A stretch of DNA of 64,000 nt. Source: Squalus acanthias. Its lineage: Eukaryota. Made by a program: the position numbers and the translations under genes. Location: assembly GCA_030390025.1 (NCBI GenBank), contig CM059438.1, positions 27,962,001-28,026,000 of the forward strand, written 5' to 3'. The notes under the pieces were generated by a model. The model saw nothing but the letters and a program-made list of their open reading frames with translations, was not told where the DNA came from and made no database searches. Every line of letters starts with the position of its first letter. Within the stretch, counting starts at the first letter, position 1. This document shows, piece by piece, positions 29,401 through 42,873 of the stretch.

Positions 29401-30193
29401 AATCTGGATTTGAGCTCGATGAACTCAACTTCACCTACTGCACATTAAATGCACTATCAAGGAAATGACCACCCTGAATAAATCAACAATATTCCTGACA
29501 GATCGATCAATTTGTGGTTGTTTTCTTTTAGAATTGATTCGTGGCTATTATAACAATACTTTAAACACTCCACCTTTTATGTTGATGTCTACAGTATATG
29601 ATGGAGAATATAGTTTCAATCTTAAACCCGAGTGACCGAATGTCTTCATTTAGAGAATACACATTTATTTCGATGAAAAAAGATCAAATAAAATCGATTT
29701 GTTTTGAACTTTTAATGGTGTTTTTGCCGTTTATCACACCATGCAAATAATGAAGGGATGCAAAGGATTTTGAGTCGAGTTTGATCTGCATAGCATGCAT
29801 GAAAAGTAAACGCAACCCAAATACTTATGTGGCAAAATAGTTATTAAATAGAACATAATTAAGAATACAAGTTTCGAAGAAAAAGTTGAAAATATGTTAC
29901 TTACTACATTTTAATATTATACAATTATATATATATATCCATATATATATATACATCCATTATATGGAAGCATGTAAACCCAAATGTTTACTTTAAAGAA
30001 CATATTCCAAACATTTTATATATAGAGATAATGTGGCTTGTTTGTAATATATTTACGAACTATCTGTGAATTATAACAAATAACAGCAAAAGGGACATTA
30101 AAACCCAAAATAAAGAGAGCGTGTCTGACTATAACCTATAACTGAGACTGTTATGGCATGTCAAGGTAGTGTGAAATCTAGAACATCGCTTAC

Positions 30194-30450
30194 CTTTCAT
30201 GGACAATTAGACACTAGACAGATTTTCCTTTAAAGCCAAAGTCGGAACTATTTAGCCGTCATGTTGTGTTTATTTATGTGCGGTGAAAGCGTGATCCTGG
30301 GCTATTTTAGTGACTTACAGGGAGAATCTTTGCAATTTCTGTCTGCAACTCAAATTGGAGTCGCGTGGCCAGTGCAAAGCCCGCTCAGGCGCAAGCGCAG
30401 TGCCTTTTGCCCGAGGAGGCGGGACGTGTGGGACAGGGATTGCGCGACAT
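30194..30450 (-). promoter_or_regulatory. Candidate second CpG promoter and non-coding first exon
   Basis: NRF1-like GCGCAAGCGCA (~30389-30399), GC box GGAGGCGGGA (~30415-30424), and minus-strand donor AAG|GTAAGC at 30194/30193. Confidence 0.45.
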
Positions 30451-33400
30451 TTCTTTGTCTTTGGCATGTAAAACTGTTCAGAGAAAGGGTGGGCAACTCT
30501 TAACATGGAGCCTTAGACAAGTGGGGTTTCTACAGAACCTTAAGTCGCAGGTATTTTTTTGTCCAAAAAGGGCAGAGGCCCCTTTAAAAGGAAGGGGGTC
30601 AGCCTCTCCCCCCCCCCCTTAGAAAAAAATGAAAATGTTATGTCAACTTCACAAGTGTTGAAGGTTAAACATTTAAGTGTAAAAGTGTCAGAATCTGAGG
30701 GAATGTTGACTGAGGCTGTGCGCGACTTCCTGAAGTAACTGTCTTCTCCCAACAATGTTGAATTCCCCTGCTCAGTGAACTATTGGAAAGCGGGTCACGG
30801 TGTGAAAGGCCACGTACCAGGTGACCCTGGAGTTCAGTTCAAATGTGGCAGCCATTCCACCAGGGACAGGAACAAGCAGCCTCACAAAACTTCACCAGCA
30901 CTCACATATGTCTGTCATTCAAGTGAAGCCGGCAGGGTGTGGAACAAATATTGCAACAACACTTAAAGACATGCAACAGATGACACTCAGTGACTGCAAA
31001 AATGCGCCCACACAAAATTTGCATCCATTTTTCTCAACCTTTGTCATACCCTCACTGTAATAATATTGCGTCAAAGAACTCCATCCCCTGCTCACCATCA
31101 TTTTCATTCGCTCATTTTTATTCAAATTGTTGAACTTTTCGAAGAACCGAAATGTTCAAGATTGGCATTTAACGAATGTTTTTTGTTGACGTTTGCTGCA
31201 GTATAAGACACAATATTGCAAAGATAATGTAAGTATTTGCCATTTTAGGGTTGGTTATCTGTAAATTGTACTTTTTTTCCTATTCAGTTTAGTAAAATAA
31301 ACATAAATTGAATAAACTTTTAAGGAATGTAAACGTATATTTAGTATGTGCAGTAATGTGTTGAGAAAATGAGAGCTTTACTCAAGTGTCAGCAATCTCA
31401 GCATCAATGTTAAGGGCCCACGGACATTTAACAATATAATTACATGTAAAGGGTAGCTTTTGAGTGAGTTACAAGACTGCCAGCTAATCAAGGTGTTCAG
31501 ACGATGTTATAAACCATTAAGGGGAAAGTTCAAGTAGACCATAAACATCATCTGAACTTTGAGATACAGCAATACTCTTTAGCTCACACTTTGGTACATG
31601 TTATGTTTCTAGATCATTATGCCACTCATGGCTAATTAGGAAGCTGATTTTATGATGTTAGAAGACATTCAACAGTCTGAGAGGCCTGGGACATTCATTC
31701 TCCAGCAGTGTCTTCCGTTTCCATGGGAACTCAGACCTTGGATTCAGTGATGGAATTCAGCACTCAAGAACGTTTTTAAATAGCACTGTTTGTTTCCCAG
31801 AGAGGTCACACAATAAAGTCATTAAATTATTGTTAATCCGAAATAATTGTATGTGATATTTTTTATTTTCTGGATCATGTCTTTTGTTTGAGTGATTTCT
31901 AAAAAATAAGTTTTAATACATGATGTTGTTGAGTGTCTTCTCTCAATTTCATGCTCTAAATCTGTTTGGCTAAGATGTCAAAGTTCTAGAGTATGGACAA
32001 CATCTAAAGCAAGGAACTTACATTTGACCTAAGGACGTTCTTGTATCACCTTTAAGTTAAAATATATACTGCACGAGGCATATTGCAGTTAAAACGTTTT
32101 TACAGCTTTTGTAAAGTTGCAGTGTACTTCTGCCTTGACTGGAGCATGTCAGTGTCTCAGTGCAGTGCTGGGCGACGTTTGCAGAATGGTGTAATACTCC
32201 ATATGCCATTATTGTAACTTTATCAGAAAAAATGTTTGCAGTAGATTACAGAGAAATTCAATGCACTGTGAATGTTACAAGACCTTTGAAAATAGATTAT
32301 TGTAAAGGAACATGATTGGCCAAAAGTGAGCATTAATGTATGGTATCTAATAGTAATAATGAGCATGTGCTCCAACAGGTAACATTGATTAAATCAGAGC
32401 TTTCAGAGCCACATTTCTGCAAAAACATCATAATGTAAGTAAAGTAATACTATACTGCTAATATAGTCTGATAAATACAAAAGTGTATATTTTAAGAACA
32501 GTATCTAATCTTTTGTCTCTAAAAGATTTCTAGCCTTTTAATGCCATTTTAATAACAAATGATGTAACCTCAGCCGTATTGTCCATGAAATTACCTTAAA
32601 ATAATTTTGTATGCCATATTCTGTTTTATTGGACAAATAAATTAATCTAACTTTATTGAATTTGAAAGTTGTGTAGTCTTTTCTGTGTACTGATTGAAGC
32701 CATTTTTCTGTAATGCAAGTACAATAGTTGTATGTACATTTCTGAAAATGCTAACGTTTAATTTAATGCTAGAGAAATATACATAACCATACAACATTTT
32801 ATAATTTACCGAATAAACTAAATTAATCTTCTAATTTCAATTTCGGTGCAGTAATGCTAGTGCATTCCTTGAAAGATTGAAATAATGGTTTTAATTGCAG
32901 TTTTAATCTAATAATGCAGTTTTTATAATGGAGGCTAAATACAGTAATAAAGCTGTATCCAGTGTTTATGAGCTGAATTACAGTATGTTGTGCTTTGTTT
33001 CTCCAGTCTGAATCCTCTATGGGAAATATGCAAACATATGTCAGTTACACCAATAACAATCATTTCATTAGTATTCATATAAAGTAGTATGTTATTACTG
33101 ATAAATATTTTCCACTTTGTAGTTAACTGAAACTACCAAGATATGTAGCACTCATTTGCTAAATAAGTTCTGGGGCAGGGAGAACATCAGAGTACATAGC
33201 TATCTTCACATTAAGTCTGTGGTAATGCTGCACTACTAGCCTGGGACCAATAGCCGATGAGTACAATTCATAGCTGCAAACGACACTGTTGGTGCCAGGA
33301 GAGAACTGTGCACATGCTTGCTTACGCCTATGCACAGAGCTCCACTTCCCAACTGGTAAATTCTCAATGCTTTGAGAGCACAGGCAGGAGCATGCACCTT

Positions 33401-33468
33401 TTCAAAATGGACCAACTAAGCACTTTTTGAAACCTTCTGTGACGCTGCATTGGAGTTATCTACTACCT

Positions 33469-33896
33469 AGAAACATAGAAACATAGAATCTAGGAGCAGG
33501 AGTAGGCCATTCGGCCCGTCGAGCCTGCTCCGCCATTCAATACGATCATGGCTGATCATCCAAATCCAGTACCCTGTCCCTGCTTTAATCCCCACAGTAC
33601 ACATATCCCACCCTACCCCCGTAACCCCACGTATTTAATTCCCCCTAACATATCCCATCCTATTCCCATAACCCCACATATTTAATCCCCCCTAACACTA
33701 AGGGTCAATTTATCATAGCCAAATCAACCTAACCCACACATTTTTGGACTGTGGGAGGAAACCGGAGCACCCGGAGGAAACCCACGCAGGCACGGGGAGA
33801 ATGTGCAAACTCCACACAGACAGTCACCCGAGGTCAGATTCGAACCCGGGTCTCTGGCGCTGTGAGGCACCAGTGCTAACCACTATGCCACCGTGT
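33469..33896 (-). mobile_element. tRNA-derived V-SINE (HE1-like) with CR1-type tail
   Basis: A box TGGCATAGTGG, B box GTTCGAATC, V-core GTGGAGTTTGCACATTCTCCCCGTG...CCTCCCACAGTCC, (GTTTCTAT)n tail, TSD TACCT. Closely similar to the copy at 58794. Confidence 0.92.
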
Positions 33897-34174
33897 TACC
33901 TGGCATCAGGTTTCATTTTCTGTCTTCATTTCATTTCCCCTCCATCTACAGCTTGTCTTTTTAAAACATTTCCCCCTTTATTGATCTTTTATAACACATA
34001 ACTGTTTTTAATTTAGCAGTTTGCAGGTTATTTAACACATTAACTCCCCCTCTGTGTTTGGTGTATCTGTTGATACGTCCCCCTTTGCTCTCTATTTCTC
34101 CCACCTTGTCTGTTTGATCAAGAAATTTGTTGATTGCCAGGAACTGGAACACGAGCCTGAAGACATCGGCCTGA

Positions 34175-34646
34175 GGCTCGCTCAAAATTGAGCCTTGGGC
34201 TTCATTTCCATAAAACCGATGAGGGGTCTTGTGAAATATGTGCGGCTTCGACACATGTATGTTCTGGGGTGGGAGGCGGGGGAGTGGTGGGTGGCGAAGC
34301 TAACAGGAGTGGAGCGAGCCTGGGCCAGCAGCGGCCCGCAGTATTGTTGTGGAGTCAGGAGGAGCCACTGTAGATCCGGAAAAACTGAGCGGGGCACATC
34401 CTCCAACTAGACGATGACCAATTTCCTGAAACAGGCCTTAGGATCCTGATTAGCATATTCAACTGGCCTAACTCTTGTTTCAGGCGGGCGCCCTGGACAC
34501 TTGAAACTCACCGGCTTCCGATTTTGCAGCTGGCGCACTTCCGGGGGAGATCGGGCACGCTGGATCATGACTGGAAATTGTCCCCCCAACCGATGTTAAA
34601 TTTTCACCGCCAAAAAACGTACACAACGGGGACCAATTTCTCCCCC
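34175..34646. mobile_element. Harbinger-type MITE remnant
   Basis: GC/CpG-rich block ending in CCAATTTCTCCCCC, the same TIR type as 9569-10290; left end degraded. Confidence 0.6.
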
Positions 34647-36500
34647 TTTACCTTTCCAGAGCCTTCGGTCTGCAGAGAGTTCACATCCAAACATCATAAC
34701 CTGCCTTTTCACTTTACAGATGTTGACTGACCGGCTGTGTATTTCCAGCACGTTTTGCTTTAATTGCGGATTTCCGGTATTTACAGTTTTTCTGTTTTAT
34801 TTTTCCCTGACTGGCACTTTTCTCACTACAAAGTGGAAACCGCTTTGCATAACCATCAAATAAATCAAAATATTAATGTTAATATTAAACCAGGAACATA
34901 TGTGTCACCCATTAAATTACTGACTTTATCCTTTTTTTAAAAAAGAAAATGGTAAATTAATTTCAGATGTTTTGGGCATGACATTACGCCACAATATAAA
35001 ACTCTAGCTGTGGTTTGATGGGCCTCAGATTAACATGCTAAGAATGGGAAAGCCACCTTTGGCAGAGAAGCACTTTATCAAGGGTGGTGTTAAAACCACT
35101 TTGTCTTAATAATGCCAAGAGCACCTGACATTTCTACTAACCCTCACCATACTTTTTTCAGGACAGCCGAGCACATGTAAAAAGACAATGGAGAATTGAA
35201 TCGTTGAATTATTTTGCTTTATTTTCAATTTACTTAAAAAGCAGTAAAATAGAAAAAAAGATTATTATTTTTAAAATGTTATCTTTTTATGATATTGAAG
35301 TTCTGAATACCTCTACCTTTTATGCCAACTTTATATCATAATTGTCATAGTATAACAATTTTGAGCATCTATGGAAGCACATATTTGTCCTTCATCGTCA
35401 TATTGCAAAACATTCCCCAATGCCAATTAGTTTCCTCTATTAAACTAATGAAAATGATGGTTTAAAATGTATCTAAGTCAGTATTCAATCCCTATAATTT
35501 TAATATAATTTTTATTAATACACTGATATAACTGATTATACTTACAGGTAAATAACTATTTCACAAATAATTTATAATATTTAAATTTATTTTGTCACTA
35601 AGCAGCAGTGACTCAAACATCTTTTTCAGCAAACTGTTGTATCTCATTCAGTGTGTGGCTAAGATTTTTCCTGTATTTCATCTACTGTCTTCCCTAAAGT
35701 TGGTTAAACCTGCAGAAGCCTTCTTTTATACTGGCCCATATGTGCTGCATTTCACATCTGATAAAGATCACACATTTGAATGAGTTAGTTGGAAAAAACT
35801 GAATTTATTCACGCGGGCCATTTTTTCTCTCTGGAAAGAACAAGTGAAAATTTCAGTATTTTAAGGGGAGTGACTATTCACTCAGCAGGTGTTGGGTCAA
35901 TAAGGGGACCATTACATCTTATGCACAAAGCTGTTGGGCAAATGACCAAGTGAATTGTCTTATTCCCATAGCTGTTATGTGAATGAAAGGGTTCTCACTT
36001 TTATTTCCTCAACTGCTAGGACTCCTGAGAAATGCTGCTTACCTAGCAACTAAATAAACAGCACAATTTTCAGCTCTAGATTTTAACATTTCTGTCAAGT
36101 ACTTGAAACATTGTAAGGAATATTGAGTTTTGCTGGGTGGGGAGGGCTTTTGTATTTTAGCATTTAATAATTTAAAACATGTTCAGCAGGTGAAGAAAAA
36201 TACTGAAAGATCAACTGAAATAAATACACTACATAACAAGAATTCAAAGCAATATCTTCTAGTATTTTCACTTTATTTTAATACTTGGTGATAAAAGACC
36301 ATAAATATGTTGCTGTATAGACGAGGTGCAACTGGGAAAAATGAACTTCTCACGGCTACCTGACAGATGGAGTAAATTGGTTTCAAAAGTTTAAACTTAA
36401 CTAGTTTTTAATTGATAAATTACCTACAGATTTACTGTAATTGATAAAATCATGAAATATCACATGCATAATAAAGGCACATCACTTAAATTCTGTGAGA

Positions 36501-36514
36501 CTGCCATCTACTGG
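36501..36514 (-). promoter_or_regulatory. CTCF-like motif
   Basis: Reverse complement CCAGTAGATGGCAG fits the CCASYAGRKGGCRS core. Confidence 0.55.
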
Positions 36515-37039
36515 AATTTAGTTTCAACCTGTTAAAATTCCCATTGCTGAAACATAAAGTGACACCTAGATACCTAGTCTCAAAATCTGCTATACAATGA
36601 ACTTGGCATAATATCTGTGCAAGTCAAACGTAGTAAGATACAACATCTACAATTTTTGTGCAGTAACTCCTGAGATTCAAATCCTTGGCTTGGGAACTAT
36701 TAAGCTCAGAGCAACATAAAACTCAACATTACAGTGCAAGGTAACTCAGTGAAAATCATTTTGTTGTTTAAGGTCACATATATGTTTATTAACAGGCTGA
36801 AGTAGCACCAGTCTGTGGTGAGCCCTGCCTCCGTGGATCCTATTCCCTTTCTATTTCTTGCTCTCAGTAATGACAGAAAAAGCCTTTTAAGGCAAAACAT
36901 TTTTTTTTTCTTACCATTTCCCCTTTTTGGATCAGTAGTCTTTTTCTCGAATTTTCTCCCCTCCCGTCTCACAGGCTCTGATTCGTGCAGGCAGACCATT
37001 ACCTTGTTTATGAGGCCTTTCTTGTGTGAGCTTAGAATG

Positions 37040-37740
37040 TGGTGCTGATAATTCGCAGCCCTTTTCGGCTCACTTCTGCTGTAACTCCAGCGTGGCCGCA
37101 TGGACCGCAAATTAGACCGGAATCTGGATACGCTGGGTTCTGATCTTACATCAGGGATTCTATGGGGGCCTTTAAGGGTTGGAAGCTTGCAACACCAGGA
37201 GTTCCCACATCCCTGGCATCTCAGTGCATCATTTGTGGCATGAGGAGACCAGGTGTAGCAGGCTGCTGAATGACAGTTATAGGTCCCAGCCATGGGTCAG
37301 GGCAGGGATCATGACTTGGACCCCAAAGATTTAAAGTATGCACATTTAAAAAAAAAACTAGCCCCCTTATAACGTGGCCAAGGGGATACTATTTTATCCT
37401 TTCTAGAGGGAAGGTCTCAACAACCCCCACCCCCGAACCCGGCACAGTATACCACAGCACATGGCCTCTGGATCTAAGTAGGCACCTAAGATATGCCCCT
37501 AGTGGCATGGGTGGCCACAAGTGCACACTAGGAAACCTCCCCATGACCCCACAAAGCCCATCGGGGTCAGCAGTGGATATATCCCAGAATGATTCCCCTG
37601 TGGATATTCGGCTCCGTTGAGCATCAACAATCTATTCAAGTATGGAGGGCATCGTAGCTGGACATGACCTCATCTGTGTACATTCCAGCAGGGGTCACCA
37701 TGTAACATTTAGAAGTAGAACGCTGGGTCAATTTCCCCCT
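37040..37740. mobile_element. Degenerate Harbinger-type non-autonomous element
   Basis: GC-richer block ending in CAATTTCCCCCT, similar to the other MITE termini; left end uncertain. Confidence 0.5.
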
Positions 37741-39699
37741 ACCTAGATAGGAGCATGAAGGCCAATTATATTGCCCTGGCCATTGCCCTGACTGAGATTA
37801 GCCAATTTACTATGGACCACAGATCAAGACTGGGACCTTTCTGGTCTGTATGTTGTAGTAGGTTACTGGACTTTGCTTTCTTTCTCTTTTTCATTTTTGC
37901 CTGTATATTTCCACCTCCTAACTTTCCCTTATTTTTTAAAATCTATTTGTAACTTTTTTTCTTTGTTAATTGCATCACTTTTCTTTCTTTCCCCACTTCT
38001 GGTTACCTGACTCTCTGTCATATTTATCTGTCTTTTCATTCCCTTGATATTTCACTTCTGTACTTCTTTGCTTCCTTTTTAATTATCACAATTTACCTGC
38101 CTTTGTATGTGTTTATCTCTCCCCATTTTCTCCATTGAAAAGCTCTCTCTATACAATCTCCCAACTCTATCCTTGTACATCTTCTGACTCTGTCATTCAC
38201 TATCTTTGCCATCTCTGGGCTCCATCCCTGCAATCAACATATCTGGAGTTGCTTACTGACATCGACAAAGACATGTTGCTGCCGTTACTTGAAGTTGATG
38301 ACAGCAGCTGCTGCTCGAACCAATACGACAGCATTGCTTTACATAGATTTTAGAATTTATTCTTTATTGAACTGTGCTAGAAATTACTCCAACATTAATG
38401 ACAAAATATTGCATTTGCATTGCCTGCACTAAGGTATGTTTTCCAGTGAATCTTTTATTTAGAATTTTTTTTAATTATAGCAAACACAACAATACACACA
38501 GAGCAACAACCGTTTAATAGTGAATCCTTTCAGGCCTCAAAAAATAGCAATTTAGAAATTCATAGATAAAATAGATTTTTATGTAAAAATATAGCAAAAT
38601 CACTTGAAAAAAATTAACGCAAATGAAAATGCTAATACAATCGGGTTTTGTCAGTCGTGTTTTATAAGTCTAGCACGAGTATGATATTGCTTCTGCTTTA
38701 ATTGACAGCCATGGGAAGGAAACAAAAACACTTAGTCCTCATACTTTTCAAATTAGATTATCATCACAATGAAATTCTGGTTAAATTACTGAAAACTATA
38801 TGCAAATTTGTATACATTATTTACAATTGTATGATTACCTGTATCTATTTTAACCTACACATTTGGAGTTTAAGCCTGATTTAAAAATATATATTTGGAA
38901 GCTTTTATATTGATTTTAATCATAAAAAGTCTGGATGTTTACTGCCAATTATATTCTTTCCCAACCTGTCACTGCATAGAATCTGTGGCCAATTTTATTT
39001 CCTACAAGTTTACAATACTAAGGGGATAAGTATGACAGCCAGTGGTGCAGCATTACATATACATCTTAACAGTTCTCCAGTATAATTAGTGCCTCCATGG
39101 CATACCTAGAGTGAAAAATGTAACTTTAATTTGATGAAATTATTTTTGCACAGCACTTGTTGTTCGGTAGTTTCTGAAAGCAAAAGCTTCATGGCAAACA
39201 GTGATAATTACACACTAAGTCAGTAGACATTATTCATTAAATTAGACCAATGCTGACATTCCAAAGAACATATCCATGCTTTATTGTGGGTAATGTGGAC
39301 TCATTTACTTGTATACAGGAAGTAATTTCAATTAAAAGTTCCTAACACTTGTGGTTTTATTAGTTTATAAAGTCTATCAATAATTGATAGCACATTTAAA
39401 TAATGTGTGACTTTGTGCATTGTAAGGCATCAATCTTCAGGACATGTTACAGTGACTCGTTTTAAAATCTTACCGTAGGGTGACTTTTGTTATGTTTTTA
39501 ATTGCATTATAGAACTTGCTATTGATTCCAAGCCCTAGTAATTAATAAAACAAGCTGTTGTTCAATATTGTTGAAATGTTTTGAGGAAATTGAAACATAA
39601 AAATGTTTATTCATACATATGTATACTTGGTATAATTATTTTTCTTTTGTGTTTTTTGTTTATTTAGTGCTTGCTAACAATATGTTAGTAGCCACTTTG

Positions 39700-39960
39700 A
39701 TTTCCTTTAATTTATAGTTGCCTTTGTAAAGGAAGTTTTTTCTGTTGCTCAGTACTTGATGAAAAAGTTTCCCCAAAGAGCTGGCGATGAAAAACCTCAG
39801 TAATTGTCTGTATTATATGGATCATTGACCTTGAACACTGGAACTGTGTAACCGACTGTCCATTTATCTGGAAAATTACCACATGGCAAGATCAGATTAG
39901 ACAGTTTTACAAGATTTGCTACAGCGACTGCTAGTATATTATTAGATACTGGACCATACC
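39700..39960 (-). mobile_element. Ancient LINE RT fragment (clade uncertain)
   Basis: ORF 39797-39988 LVKLSNLILPCGNFPDKWTVGYTVPVFKVNDPYNTDNY*G matches the non-LTR pre-RT motif (G.FP..W...I.P.FK..D.....NYRG). Confidence 0.65.
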
Positions 39961-40365
39961 AATTCCCTCCCCACCCCCTACATTGCATTGCCCCTTAACT
40001 AACCTGAGGTCAAACATTGATTATGTGTCGTAAGAGGCTATCCTGTTAACCCTTTGTATACCGTATTTCTATCTTGATTTGAACACTAGATTATTTTATC
40101 TGTTCAGTTTACTTTTGCAAAATAAAATAAATAATTTTTCCAATTTGTAATTCTTTTTATTTTGTCTACTTATTAGGTCTACTGCACAATATGTCATGCA
40201 CTGTTAACTGCTTGAGAAGATTATAGACAACCTGTTCCAAATCTAACAATGAACCTCTGTACCTGATTGATAGGAGGCTCACAAGAATAGCATGAGTTGA
40301 CTCATCCTCCAGGTTTTCTCCCTTTTATTTGCAAAAGAATCTTGCATCAATGGCTGAGATCCACT

Positions 40366-42050
40366 GGGCTGAATTTTGCCGGCATTCAGAGTGTGGGTTT
40401 GGAGGCGGGTCCGCTGTCAAAATCAAAATGATTGACAGCAGGTTGGGAACCCGCTCCGAACCCGCCTCCATGTAAGTTTCCAAAGTGTCGGGTTTGCGAT
40501 TTCAGAACAGACCCGACACCAAGCGGTGGGTAGGTATTTAAGATAGTTAAATGCTTGCTAACTACTATTTTACCAGCCTATTTCTATTTTCCTACTTTTT
40601 TAACGGGGTTCATGTCATTCAGAGATCACGTCAGATTCTCTATGTCTCCCGATTGCTGTGAATAGGTGACAGCTACAAAAATGGTATGAAAGCTACCATT
40701 TCACAGCTGGTCACTTTCCAATGTCAGAAGCTTGAGCCTTCAGGAGTTGGAAGACACTTTTGAGCTTTATGTAGTTTGGAAGTGTTTGGAGTAAATTCTC
40801 TATCCACTGTCACCTCCCTGGAGCAAGCTCTCTCATCATTGACAGATCGTTTCTGTCATCTCAACTTCAGCTGCCATCTATTCCAGCAACATCGGTGCCC
40901 TTGAAAAAATCTCACCTTGGTCCTCTGAATCCCTCCACGATCAGCCCCAGCACCAACATCACCAGGCACACCAACATCCCCAACTTTCTCCGCAATCACC
41001 TGATGCTGCAGAGGACACAGGGCATCAGCACCCGACAACATTGCTGCCTGGGAGGCCAGCGATGGCATTACGATGGCTAGATTTACTTCACTTGACACTG
41101 TACACCCTGGCTGCCACATGATGCGCCAGGTTGACACCATCCCACACCAGCACCATAAAGCATCCCAACAATGTTCAAGCCATTCCTTTCACACTCATCA
41201 CAATTGCGGGGGGGGAGAAGTTATGTCTCAACATTCACTGGAACTCACTAAGACACTTCCAAAGGTGAGCACAGATCTGTACAATAAGGTAAAGTCTTGA
41301 AAATATAGATTTCAATGTTTGACAACACATTAGCAGAAACTTCACATGAACATTGGCTAAACCACCCAGATGCCTACCCTTGTATGTTGTTAGTTCGTAT
41401 GCTTGCAGTAGGTTGAGGGTGAGTGTGAGGGGTGGCTAGTGAGATGGGGAAGTGATAATGTAGATAGAGAGGGATGGGTGGAGGTGCAAGGTAAGTTGGT
41501 GTGAGTAAAGTTGTGCAGGAGTAGGGTAGGGATGTGATGAGTGGCACAGCAGGATGAGGTTGAGTGTGGCTTGGCAGTAACGTTTCGTGATCTGCTCAGA
41601 TCATTGAAAGGCTTGCGCCACTGCAGCCTGGTCCTCCTGACGGCATCCCTGCTTCTGCCCTCCTGTGCAATGTGCAACCAGGTTGTGTTGATCTCCTGGG
41701 GAGGTCTCTTCCGCCCATGGGAAGGGAAGAGAACCTCCCTGCGTGCTGTGACACCCTCCATAAGCATATGGAGGGAGTCATGGGAGAGCCTGGGTGCAGC
41801 CCTGCACCTTTGTGCAGTGGTTGTCAGTGTTTGCAGCACGTCAATGCTGTAGAATTCTGACAGCAGAACTGGCAAGATCAATTTGGACATGGCCCCTTTA
41901 AGGAAACCGGCTGATGACACCATCAAATGACATCATCAGACCCGCTTCCTGTTAATCCTTTTCACAGAGCGGCTGGAGCCGGGAGCGGGACCGGGACCTG
42001 CCAATGACCTCTCCCGCCGTGATCCCGCCTCCGATGGCAAAATCGCAGCC
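40366..42050 (-). mobile_element. Internally deleted PIF/Harbinger transposon with Myb/SANT-like ORF remnant
   Basis: TIRs GGGCTGAATTTTGCC / GGCAAAATCGCAGCC and TSD ACT on both sides. Minus ORF 41390-41926 contains RAAPRLSHDSLHMLMEGVTARREVLF...WLHIAQE...RTRLQWRKPFNDL (Myb/SANT-like). Confidence 0.88.
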
Positions 42051-42225
42051 ACTGTGAGGATTAGCAGGCATGAACCTACATTTTATCATTTGCTGTAATA
42101 TGGCCGTGCTATGCCACTGGGTGTATTGACATTTTCAAAATAATATTTGATAAGCATTATTAGTTTAATAAATAAAAGTTTGAAAGTTGACGCAAGCCAA
42201 ATTAGGCAGCTAACAGCTAAAATGT

Positions 42226-42873
42226 GGGGGTGAATTTTTCAGGCCTCCCACTCAGTGGAAACGGAGTGGTAGCACCCCAAAACGAATGGGCAATGACCTA
42301 CCACACCATTACCATCATCGTGGCCTTGGCAATGTTTCCCCGGGCCCATCGCTGGGTGTCCAGAGAAGTCCCGGGTTAGGCGGAAGCCCTGTTTAAAATG
42401 TTAAGCGGGGTCCTATGATGTACATAGGACCCCGATTGCCATTTTTTGGACGGACCTGGGCAGAGTGTGTACCATGCACGCTCCGATCAGCATCAGGTGG
42501 AAATCCGGCCAAAGAGGATCCTGAAGGTGAGTTTCACTTCATTTTTGTGGGGTCGGGAAGTTGCAGGAGTGCGCCACTAGACTCCACAAACCCAGCCTGG
42601 GCCACTGCCATTCCGGCTCCCCACCCCCAGTCCTTGCAGATTGGGGCCCCACCCAGAAACCTACCTTCCTCTGGCTTGGAGGCCGGCCAGGCCACTGCAA
42701 TATCAGGTGGCCCGGAGTCAGCAAGCTGCCTTGGGCCACTTGGTTTCTGACCACAGCCCGATGCAAATAAGGCCCAGTCCTGAAAATGGACTGGGTCGAC
42801 CAGCAGGACTACTGGACAGCCGGCCAATGCATTCCACTGGCCAGACCCTCAGCTCTGGGCCAAAATCTACCTC
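42226..42873. mobile_element. Harbinger-type MITE (diverged)
   Basis: Imperfect TIRs GGGGGTGAATTTT / AAAATCTACCTC with a GC-rich interior. Confidence 0.65.

Noticed and set aside
36706-37293. 195-aa minus-strand ORF
   Set aside because: No recognisable domain; it spans a degenerate MITE and low-complexity sequence.
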